From Candidatus Cryptobacteroides sp. (GTDB lineage Bacteria; Bacteroidota; Bacteroidia; Bacteroidales; UBA932): DNA of 64,000 nucleotides. Shown piece by piece: positions 46,761-55,235 of this stretch. The notes under the pieces were generated by a model. The model was not told the DNA's origin. It was given only the letters and a program-made list of their open reading frames with translations, and searched no databases. Each line of letters begins with the position of its first letter. Within the stretch, counting starts at the first letter, position 1. Where the stretch lies: the NCBI GenBank assembly GCA_045627265.1, contig JAZQNI010000066.1, positions 160 to 64,159 on the forward strand, given 5' to 3'. A program made the position numbers and the translations under genes.

Positions 46761-48109
46761 TGGCCAAGGGGAGGGAAAATTTCGGAAGCGGCTGGACAGC
46801 CGTCATGGCAATGGCCGGGTCAGCGATCGGACTGGGCAACATCTGGCGTTTCCCATATATGGTTGGAGAGAACGGAGGTGCGGCCTTCATCATAGTCTAT
46901 CTGCTGTCTACGTTCCTTCTCTCGCTGCCTATTTTTCTCTCGGAGTCGATAATCGGCCGCAGCACGCACTCCAACACCTTCGGGTCGATGGAGAAGCTCG
47001 CTCCCGGCACCAGGTGGAAATGGCTCGGGTTCCTGACAGTCATTTCGCCGTTGATCATCATTTCGTACTATAGTGTCGTGGGAGGATGGTCCATCGGTTT
47101 CCTGGGCAAGTCCGTCGTGTCCGGCTTCAGTATTGAGGGGAGCTTTTTCGGAGACTTGATATCATCGACCTGGACACCGCTGATATTTCACACGGTCTTT
47201 CTGGCATTGTGCGCCATCATAGTGTCAGCAGGCATCAAGTCCGGCATCGAGCGTTTCAACAAGATCTCCCTTCCGGTGCTTTTCGTGTTGATCCTGATCA
47301 TAATGATCACATCGTTGTGTCTGCCTGGAGCATCTGCTGGGGTGAATTATCTGCTCAAACCGGATTTCAGCAAGCTGACTCCTTCAATGGTCGCATCTGC
47401 GATGGGCCAGAGTTTCTTCTCCCTGTCCCTCGGTGTCGGGACCATATTGACCTTCTCGTCTTATATCAAGAAGGATGCGGACCTTTTTGTCTCCGGCATC
47501 GGGACAGCGTTCTTCGACCTTCTCTTTGCTTTGATAGCCGGTTTTGCGATAATGCCCGCAGTGTTCTCTGCCGGTATCGAGCCGGGTGCCGGTCCTGGTC
47601 TGATATTCGAGACTTTGCCGTACATCTTCGCCAAGATGGGAGTTGAGGCCGGTATCCTCAGCCGCGTCGTGTCCATATTGTTCTTCCTGACAATAGTCGT
47701 CGCCGCGCTGACTTCCGCCATCTCCATGCTCGAGGTCGGAGTTGCCTATCTGGTCGAGGAGAAGCATATCCGGCGCAAGAAGGCAGTCTGGCTGCTGTTT
47801 GCGGCGACATGGACCCTTGGTGCCCTCTGCAGCCTGTCTTTCGGCCCTCTGGCCGACTTCCACATCTTCGGGGAGACAGTCTTCAATTTCTGCGACAAGC
47901 TGACCTCCAACTTCCTGATGACCTTCGGCAGCCTGCTGTTCGTATTCTTTGTCGGATGGAAAATGAAGAAAGCCGTTATCCGTGACGAATTCACGAACAA
48001 CGGCTCTCTGAAATTCAATGACCGGATCTTCGGGGCGGTGTATTTCTCAATACGCTATCTGGCCCCGGTAGTGATCCTGATCATATTTGCCACCAACCTT
48101 ATTGCTTGA
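46760..48109 (+). CDS. NSS/SNF family transporter (2), tandem paralog
   Basis: Same NSS motifs; TAATG stop-start overlap with the upstream paralog. Confidence 0.95.
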   Translation: MAKGRENFGSGWTAVMAMAGSAIGLGNIWRFPYMVGENGGAAFIIVYLLSTFLLSLPIFLSESIIGRSTHSNTFGSMEKLAPGTRWKWLGFLTVISPLIIISYYSVVGGWSIGFLGKSVVSGFSIEGSFFGDLISSTWTPLIFHTVFLALCAIIVSAGIKSGIERFNKISLPVLFVLILIIMITSLCLPGASAGVNYLLKPDFSKLTPSMVASAMGQSFFSLSLGVGTILTFSSYIKKDADLFVSGIGTAFFDLLFALIAGFAIMPAVFSAGIEPGAGPGLIFETLPYIFAKMGVEAGILSRVVSILFFLTIVVAALTSAISMLEVGVAYLVEEKHIRRKKAVWLLFAATWTLGALCSLSFGPLADFHIFGETVFNFCDKLTSNFLMTFGSLLFVFFVGWKMKKAVIRDEFTNNGSLKFNDRIFGAVYFSIRYLAPVVILIIFATNLIA

Positions 48110-50084
48110 CAAACTTGGCCGCCCAGCCTCCGCCAGGAGCCATGTGCAGCTTGATCTTGTCAGTGCTGGTCACTGTCATCACCTCTTTCTTGTAGTCCCT
48201 TGCGGCGCGGTCGGCGTTGATACCGTCACGGAAAATCTCCACCTTGAACGTTCCGGCAGGGAGGAAGCCGAGGTCGATGGTCATGTCTCTCTCGTTCCAG
48301 TCGGTCATGGACCCCAGATACCAGTTGTCTCCGCTGCGGCGTGCCATGGTCACGAATTCTCCGATCTTGCCGTTGATGGCGATGGTTTCATCCCATACGG
48401 TAGGTACGTCGGCGATGAATTCCGTGCACTCAAGCTCCTGGAGATAGTTTGAAGGGGAGTCGCAGAGCATGGTGAGAGGAGCGTCGAAGATGACGTACTC
48501 GGCCAACTGGCGGCAGCGTGTGCCGAGGCTCATCGCTTCGTTGTAAACGGCTCTGTAGTTGTTCTTGGAGGCATTGCGCATCGCGCCCTGGGTGTAGTCC
48601 ATTGGACCGGCCATCATGCGGATGAACGGTATGGTCACGTCGTATTCCACCTGTGAGCTTTCGTTTTCCCACTTCATCTGTTCGAGGCCGTGCACGCCCT
48701 CGAAGTTGACCACGTTAGGATAGGTGCGGTGGAGTCCGGTAGGCTTGTACGCTCCGTGGAAATCGACCATCATCTTGTACTTCACGCCCATCTTGGCGCA
48801 GTCCTCGTAGAAATCCACCATTTGCTGGTCGTCGCGGTCCATGAAGTCGATCTTGAAGCCCTTGACACCCATCATCGAATAGTGCAGGAATACGTTTTCC
48901 ATGTCGCGGTTGACTGCCCAGTAGCCGGCCCAGAGTATGAGGCCCACATTCTTTTCCTTGGCGTATGCGCAGAGTTCCTCGAGGTCGATGGAAGGGATGA
49001 TCTTCATGAGGTCCGCCTCACCCTTCACGGCCCAGCCTTCGTCCAGTATCACATACTCGATGCCGTGCTCGGCTGCGAAGTCGATGTAGTATTTGTAGGT
49101 CTCGTTGTTGATGCCGGACTTGAAATCCACACCGAAGATGTTCCAGTCGTTCCACCAGTCCCAGGCCACCTTGCCTGGCTTGACCCAGCTCCAGTCTCTC
49201 TGCTCTGCAGGTGTGGCGAGCTTGAAGACCATGTCGCTGTTTGCGAGTTCCTTGTCTTCGCGGGCCACCTGGATCACTCTCCAAGGGAAGGCCTTGCCTG
49301 CCTTGCAGCTGGCGAGATAGTCCTCACGGCTCTGGACCTCGCCCTGGAGCCTGTTGTGGCCGCCCTGCCATACTTCCTTCGGGTATGCCGGGAACACTCC
49401 TGTCAGGCCGTTCGCGCCTTTGCCGTTGTAGAGGTACATGCCCGGGTAGCTGAGAAGGTCGGACTCGGTGATGCAGATCTTGTATCCGTTTGGTGCTTCA
49501 GCCACGAGCGGCAGGAAAGCGAGGCGCTCCTTGTCCCATTTGCTGACAGGGAAGGTCTCGTAGGTGTTTTCGTTGGACTGATAGAACTGCTCTTCGAGGG
49601 AGTTCCTCTTGTCGCGGATATAGGAAGTATAGAGCTTCCAGTCACCAGGGAAGTTGAAGTTCACTTCCTCGGACTTAACGGTGAAGCGCTTTTCGGACTT
49701 GGATACGAAACGGTATGCCACGCCCTCGTTGTAGGCCCTGAAAATCAGGTTGAAAGCCTTGTAGGACAGGGTCAGTTCGTTGTATTTGTCCTTGACTTCG
49801 GCCTTCTTGTAGACGTCGGTCCGGATGATCTTGTCGTATGATTTCCTGAAGGCCTTGATGAGCTTGGCATTTCCGCCATAGACGGTGCCGTCCGCCAGGG
49901 TCATGGAGATTTCGGACGGTGCGATCACCTGTGTGCCATCGACGGTCACGCTGTACTTGAATCCGTTGATGCTGACAGATGTGCGTCCGTCAGGGGATTT
50001 GAGCACCTGGGGCTTCGGTGCCGCCGCAAAGGCCGTCACCGCCATCAGGCAGCACATAATCACAGAAATAAAAGTCTTTTTCAT
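48099..50084 (-). CDS. GH97 glycoside hydrolase (alpha-glucosidase/alpha-galactosidase family)
   Basis: SPDG N-terminus, FRAYNEGVAYRF, WVKPGKVAWDWW, YIDFAA, LDEGW, GFKIDFMD, EGVHGLE, GPMDYTQG, PTVWDET. Confidence 0.95.
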   Translation of the reverse strand: MKKTFISVIMCCLMAVTAFAAAPKPQVLKSPDGRTSVSINGFKYSVTVDGTQVIAPSEISMTLADGTVYGGNAKLIKAFRKSYDKIIRTDVYKKAEVKDKYNELTLSYKAFNLIFRAYNEGVAYRFVSKSEKRFTVKSEEVNFNFPGDWKLYTSYIRDKRNSLEEQFYQSNENTYETFPVSKWDKERLAFLPLVAEAPNGYKICITESDLLSYPGMYLYNGKGANGLTGVFPAYPKEVWQGGHNRLQGEVQSREDYLASCKAGKAFPWRVIQVAREDKELANSDMVFKLATPAEQRDWSWVKPGKVAWDWWNDWNIFGVDFKSGINNETYKYYIDFAAEHGIEYVILDEGWAVKGEADLMKIIPSIDLEELCAYAKEKNVGLILWAGYWAVNRDMENVFLHYSMMGVKGFKIDFMDRDDQQMVDFYEDCAKMGVKYKMMVDFHGAYKPTGLHRTYPNVVNFEGVHGLEQMKWENESSQVEYDVTIPFIRMMAGPMDYTQGAMRNASKNNYRAVYNEAMSLGTRCRQLAEYVIFDAPLTMLCDSPSNYLQELECTEFIADVPTVWDETIAINGKIGEFVTMARRSGDNWYLGSMTDWNERDMTIDLGFLPAGTFKVEIFRDGINADRAARDYKKEVMTVTSTDKIKLHMAPGGGWAAKFVKQ

Positions 50085-50171
50085 ATAATTAGATTTAAAA
50101 TTTCAATGTTCTCTTATTATAGTGATGATACTGATGACAATAAAATATGTATCAGTTGTCTCTAATAGATA

Positions 50172-50275
50172 TGGAGTCAAAAGTTTGCCGGAGACAGACT
50201 AGCCGCCCTCGGCTCTAGAGGGAGGGGCCCACGAAGTGGGAGGGCCTGGTCTGGCTACGGCAAAGCTTTTGCGGA
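50172..50275. repeat. Branched palindromic element (module D family) downstream of mutS
   Basis: Outer stem 50178-50202 / 50246-50271; inner hairpins CCCTC..GAGGG and CCCAC-GAA-GTGGG; 50172-50200 is the reverse complement of 36771-36799 (28/29). Confidence 0.75.
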
Positions 50276-50291
50276 ATATCGTAGAATAATA

Positions 50292-52916
50292 TCATATACC
50301 TAATTCCTGTTTCATGGACCGGATCAGGTCGAATGCCTGCAGAGGAGTCATATTGTCGATATCTACAGCCTTCAGCGAATCCCTGATGGACGACAAAGTC
50401 GGATCGTCCAGCTGGAAAAGCGACAGCTGGATGGCACCGTCGCTCTCCACCGTCCCCAGCTTCTCGGCCTCCCTTGCCCTGTTCATCACATTGTCGCTCG
50501 CCTCCAGCGCCTTGAGCGTCTTCTCCGCGGAAGCGATGATCTCACGCGGCATGCCGGCCAGCCTTGCGACATGAATACCAAAACTATGCGCCACACCGCC
50601 CTCTGTCAGCTTGCGCAGGAAGATGATCTCCTTGCCCGCCTCCCGGATGGCGATATGGAAGTTCTTGACCCTGTCGTATATCTCCTCGAGGTCGTTGAGC
50701 TCATGGTAGTGCGTTGCGAAAAGGGTCTTGGCACGCTTGCCGTGCTCATGCAGGTACTCCACCAGCGCACGTGCGATGGACATTCCGTCGTAGGTCGAGG
50801 TGCCGCGGCCGATTTCGTCCAGGAGCACCAGCGACCTTTCGGAGAGGCTGTGCATGATCATAGAGGTCTCCAGCATTTCGACCATGAAGGTGGATTCGCC
50901 GCGGGAGATGTTGTCGGTCGCGCCGACACGCGTGAATATCTTGTCGAACCAGCCGATCCTGGCGCTTGTAGCGGGCACGAACGAGCCGATCTGGGCCAGA
51001 AGCACGATGAGCGCGGTCTGACGCAGGAGAGCCGACTTTCCGGCCATGTTCGGGCCGGTGAGTATGATGATCTGCTGCTTCTCGGAGTCGAGATAGACGT
51101 CGTTCGGCACATAGCTTTCGCCCGGGCCCATCATCTGCTCGATCACGGGATGTCTTCCGCCCTTTATGTCGAGTACGAGAGAGTCATCCATCTCCGGCCT
51201 GCAGTAGTTGTTGGACGCCGCGAGGTCCGCGAATCCTGTGAGGACGTCCAGCCGCGCCAGTATCTGGCAATTGGCCTGTATGTCCCTGATGCAGCTCTGG
51301 ATCTGGGCGACCAGGTCGCCGTAAATCCTGCTCTCAAGCTCGTAGATGCGCCCTTCGGCCGAGAGTATCTTTTCTTCGTATTCCTTGAGTTCTTCGGTGA
51401 TGTAGCGCTCCGCGCTGACGAGGGTCTGCTTGCGTATCCACTCCGGCGGCACCTTGTCCTTGAAGGAGTTGCGCACCTCGATGTAGTAGCCGAAAACGTT
51501 GTTGTAGCTTATCTTGAGCGAGGAGATGCCTGTCCTCTCGACTTCGCGCTGCTGCATCTGGAGCAGGTAGTCCTTGCCGCCGCGTGAGATGTTGCGGTAT
51601 TCGTCGAGGTCCGCATCGACCCCCGTGCCGATGATGTCGCCCTTGCCGAGCGCCGCGGCCGGGTTCTCCGCCATCGTGTGGCGTATGCTTTCGAGCAGTC
51701 CGGAGCAATTGTGCAGTCCTGCCGTCATGCGGTCGAGTTCGGCAGTGCCCGTGCCGGAGCAGAGTTCCGTGATCGGGCCGAGCTGCTCGAGCGACCGGCC
51801 GAGCTGCATGACTTCGCGAGGCAGGATCTTGCCCGCCGCCGCCCTGGAGATGATGCGCTCCAGGTCGCCGATGTTGCCGATGTGCTCCTGGACCTTGAGC
51901 AGGTCGTCAGGCAGCTCCACGAAATGCTGGATGACATCGTAGCGGGCGTTGAGCTCGCCGAGGTCCATCACCGGCATCGCGAGCCAGCCGCGCAGGAGTC
52001 TGGCACCCATCGGAGAAGAACATTTGTCGATTACGTCCACCAGCGAAGTGCCTTCGTTGCCCGATGCGGAACTGAACACCTCCAGGTTGCGGAAGGTGAA
52101 CTTGTCCATCCAGACAAACTTGGAGCCGTCCACTCGTGAGATGGAGCAGATGTTCTTCAGGCCGGTGTGCTGGGTCTGCTCGAGATAGACCAGCAGTGCA
52201 CCGGCGGCGCAGATGCCGAGCGGTGCCTGGTCGATGGCGAATCCCTTGAGCGAGCGCACTTCCAGCTGGTTCTTGAGCTTCTCCACGGCCGCGTCCTTGA
52301 CGAATGCCCATTCGTCGATGGTGGTGATGTATGCAGAAGTACCGAAGCGTTCGCGTACGAACTTCTCATATGCGCGCGGCACCACGAGCTCCTTTGGACC
52401 GAATGAGGTCAGAAGTGTGCCTATGTAGTCGGCCGGCCCCTGCGAAACCTTGAACGAACCGGTGGACACGTCGAGGAATGCGGCGCCGCAGGTCTCACCG
52501 TTGAAGTACAGTCCTGCGAGGAAGTTGTTCTCTTTCTGCGAGAGCATCTGCTCGGAGAATGCCACTCCCGGAGTGACGATCTCGGTGATGCCTCTCTTGA
52601 CTATGTTCTTGGCGAATTTCGGATCCTCCAGCTGGTCGCAGATGGCCACCTTGTACCCGGCACGTATGAGTTTCGGCAGATATACGTCGATAGCGTGATG
52701 CGGTACGCCGGCCATCGGGATAGGATCGGCCATGGCGCTGGAGCGCTTTGTGAGCACGATTCCGAGCACTTTGCTGGCGGTTTCCGCGTCTTCGCCGTAG
52801 GTCTCGTAGAAGTCCCCGCATCTGAACAGCAGCAGGGCCTCAGGATACTGGGCCTTCATGCTGAAGTACTGCTTCATCATCGGGGTCATCGGGTCTTTTT
52901 CTTTGGAGCTGGCCAT
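50292..52916 (-). CDS. mutS: DNA mismatch repair protein MutS
   Basis: TPMMKQY, FRCGDFYE, GRHPVIE, TGPNMAGKS, STFMVEM, DEIGRGTST, FATHYHEL, SFGIHVA; start MASSKE at 52916 with -7 element TATCTTTG at 52938-52945 (minus). Confidence 0.98.
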   Translation of the reverse strand: MASSKEKDPMTPMMKQYFSMKAQYPEALLLFRCGDFYETYGEDAETASKVLGIVLTKRSSAMADPIPMAGVPHHAIDVYLPKLIRAGYKVAICDQLEDPKFAKNIVKRGITEIVTPGVAFSEQMLSQKENNFLAGLYFNGETCGAAFLDVSTGSFKVSQGPADYIGTLLTSFGPKELVVPRAYEKFVRERFGTSAYITTIDEWAFVKDAAVEKLKNQLEVRSLKGFAIDQAPLGICAAGALLVYLEQTQHTGLKNICSISRVDGSKFVWMDKFTFRNLEVFSSASGNEGTSLVDVIDKCSSPMGARLLRGWLAMPVMDLGELNARYDVIQHFVELPDDLLKVQEHIGNIGDLERIISRAAAGKILPREVMQLGRSLEQLGPITELCSGTGTAELDRMTAGLHNCSGLLESIRHTMAENPAAALGKGDIIGTGVDADLDEYRNISRGGKDYLLQMQQREVERTGISSLKISYNNVFGYYIEVRNSFKDKVPPEWIRKQTLVSAERYITEELKEYEEKILSAEGRIYELESRIYGDLVAQIQSCIRDIQANCQILARLDVLTGFADLAASNNYCRPEMDDSLVLDIKGGRHPVIEQMMGPGESYVPNDVYLDSEKQQIIILTGPNMAGKSALLRQTALIVLLAQIGSFVPATSARIGWFDKIFTRVGATDNISRGESTFMVEMLETSMIMHSLSERSLVLLDEIGRGTSTYDGMSIARALVEYLHEHGKRAKTLFATHYHELNDLEEIYDRVKNFHIAIREAGKEIIFLRKLTEGGVAHSFGIHVARLAGMPREIIASAEKTLKALEASDNVMNRAREAEKLGTVESDGAIQLSLFQLDDPTLSSIRDSLKAVDIDNMTPLQAFDLIRSMKQELGI

Positions 52917-53095
52917 AGATTCTATTCTATAATCTTCCAAAGATACGAATTTGTTCGATGATAATCCAGATGCCTCCGCACGAAAGTTTTGCTTGACTTT
53001 CCGCCAATGCCTACACCGCCGCTGCAAGAGCGGATGGCGGTACTGCCGGAGCTCGCAAAAGCAGCGGCAGTATCACGACAGAAAATCTGTTGATT

Positions 53096-55228
53096 TCAGA
53101 AATCGAAACTGATGGAGGAGATGGAATAGAGGCGGCTGCCTTCCGGGATGATGACACGACCGGTCTTGCTGCCGTCGGCCGCCACTTCGACCTCGATGCC
53201 CACGCGAGTGTAAGCACCCCTCTCATAGTCGTAGCTGCACCCGTCGTCGTCATACAACGAATATGACGAACTGACGTCGCCATAATGACGCACGGTCACA
53301 GGCAGAGCCTCACCCGTGAACCCGGCAACCGCAGGGAACATCGGAATTATGCCGCCGTTACGCACAAACACAGGCATGTCGCCCTTGCCGCTCTCATCCG
53401 AAACCGTGATGACCTCGCTCTCACCGACCAGCTCCCCGGTCCAGAAGTCATACCATCTACCCTCAGGCAGCACCACCGTGCGCGATTTCTGCCCCTTGAA
53501 CAACGGCGCCACGAGAATGTCCGCACCCACCATGTACTGATCCATGACTTCACGCTTCATCGCCATCGCATACGGGTTCTCGGTCGAATCCAGAGTACCC
53601 TCGACAACCATGTTCTCGCAATCATACCCGTCCTCGAGGTTCATCGCCCTGAACGGCGGCGTGCCGGCAAAAGCATAATCCGCGAATGCCGTATAGAGGT
53701 AAGGGATGAGCTGCATCCTGAGCATGGCATATTTCTGCACCTCGGCCGACACCTCTCCGAACGACCACGGCTTGGTGCCGTCACTCCATGCGTTGAGCAT
53801 CGCGAGCGGCGAGAAGCAAACCGTCTGCATGCGCCTCAGCCATTCTTCCGCGGTCGCGGAAGAACGCACTTCAGGAGTCCAGAGCACACCGATGAAAGAG
53901 CTGTTTATGAGCGCGGTGATGAAGCCGCGATGGTCGTAATAATCATTGTACAGGACGAACGGATAGGACACCGCACCTGCGTTGGAAGCCCTTGCGAGGC
54001 CGTATGTGCGCACGTTGTGGCTGCGATACAGCTCCGTGACGGTCTTCTGCATCATCGATCCGTAGGTCTGGCGGACCTGCTCGGCGGCATTCCCGGAAGG
54101 GAAACGCGCCACGTCCGGATAAAGCCAGAAGTCATAGCCGTCGTTCTCGTCCATCTTGTACCCGCTCACACCGATCGATCCGTGCTTCTCCCACAGAAAA
54201 TCCTGCATCAGGGTACGCGTACGTTCCATGGTGTAGTCCGGCACTATGCCGCACCACTCGGTGTGTGTGCCTGTGCAAGGCTCGATCCTGCTGTATAATT
54301 CTCCTTCCGGCGACACTCCGGGGTTCATCCAGAGATTGGTCTTGACATGCATCGAGTCAAGCCTGGCGACGAATCCCCGGGGATATGGGAAGCGTCCTCC
54401 GTCCCACTCATATGTGCATGGGTACGAGCGGCTCTGCCATCCCGGTTCGAGGCCGATTACGGTCAGCGGGAAGCCATTCTCCTTGAACTGGGCGACCTCG
54501 TTGCAGACTTCGTCATCCGTGTAGAGCGTAGGTACACGGTGCCAGAATCCGAGCCCCCACTTCGGAGGCAGAGTGCCGCCGCCGTTGTAGAGGTTGAACT
54601 TCCGCACCACGTCCAGCATGCTGCCGGCCGCGAAGAGCACCAGCTCCACGCCTTCCGCCGGCACCAGGAACTCCAGATTGTCCGAGTACGGCTGGGCAGT
54701 CCAGTCCGAATCGGTGTTCCTGTCCCTGGCCTCGGCCGGATGGTCGGAGTCTTTCCTCACACCCGTGCCGACCCAGCAGTCGATGTATCTCGCCGAGTTG
54801 ATGAATGCGCCGTAGCCCTTGGATGAAACGAAAAACGGCACAGGGGCATGTGTACGGCCGTTGTCTGAGCCGCCATAGTGGTCGACGTGCAGCTTTTCGA
54901 TGGAGCCGCGCCTCTCGACGGACTTGAAGTTCAGCCCCAGTCCGAAAATCTTCTCGCCCTCGTCGAGAGGGAAGCGGATGTAGGTCTTGCCATCGAACAG
55001 CTCGATTTTCAGCTCGTCGATGGAGAACGGCAGTTCATCCGTCTCTTCCATCGCGTCGATGGCCTCGAGACGTGGCTTGATGTCGAGTCCGTTTGTCAGG
55101 TTGAATGCGTCAGGCTTGCCGACGGTGACTTCCCAGACACCGTTGGCAACTTTCTTCATGTCCGGCCTGCCGGCGTCCGCGCAGCCGCAGAGCACCAGCA
55201 AAGCCAGCAGCAGGGGTCTGAATCTCAT
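53096..55228 (-). CDS. GH31 glycoside hydrolase (lipoprotein)
   Basis: Lipobox LCGC, IFGLG, VPFFVSSKGYG, LPPKWGLGFW, GYKMDEND (nucleophile region), LRMQLIPYLY, DQYMVGADILVAP, LYDDDG. Confidence 0.92.
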   Translation of the reverse strand: MRFRPLLLALLVLCGCADAGRPDMKKVANGVWEVTVGKPDAFNLTNGLDIKPRLEAIDAMEETDELPFSIDELKIELFDGKTYIRFPLDEGEKIFGLGLNFKSVERRGSIEKLHVDHYGGSDNGRTHAPVPFFVSSKGYGAFINSARYIDCWVGTGVRKDSDHPAEARDRNTDSDWTAQPYSDNLEFLVPAEGVELVLFAAGSMLDVVRKFNLYNGGGTLPPKWGLGFWHRVPTLYTDDEVCNEVAQFKENGFPLTVIGLEPGWQSRSYPCTYEWDGGRFPYPRGFVARLDSMHVKTNLWMNPGVSPEGELYSRIEPCTGTHTEWCGIVPDYTMERTRTLMQDFLWEKHGSIGVSGYKMDENDGYDFWLYPDVARFPSGNAAEQVRQTYGSMMQKTVTELYRSHNVRTYGLARASNAGAVSYPFVLYNDYYDHRGFITALINSSFIGVLWTPEVRSSATAEEWLRRMQTVCFSPLAMLNAWSDGTKPWSFGEVSAEVQKYAMLRMQLIPYLYTAFADYAFAGTPPFRAMNLEDGYDCENMVVEGTLDSTENPYAMAMKREVMDQYMVGADILVAPLFKGQKSRTVVLPEGRWYDFWTGELVGESEVITVSDESGKGDMPVFVRNGGIIPMFPAVAGFTGEALPVTVRHYGDVSSSYSLYDDDGCSYDYERGAYTRVGIEVEVAADGSKTGRVIIPEGSRLYSISSISFDF

Positions 55229-55235
55229 GTTGTTG

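Noticed and set aside
50085-50170. Possible operator palindrome upstream of GH97 (ACTGAT...ATCAGT)
   Set aside because: Short, imperfect and in AT-rich sequence, with no second copy or adjacent regulator.
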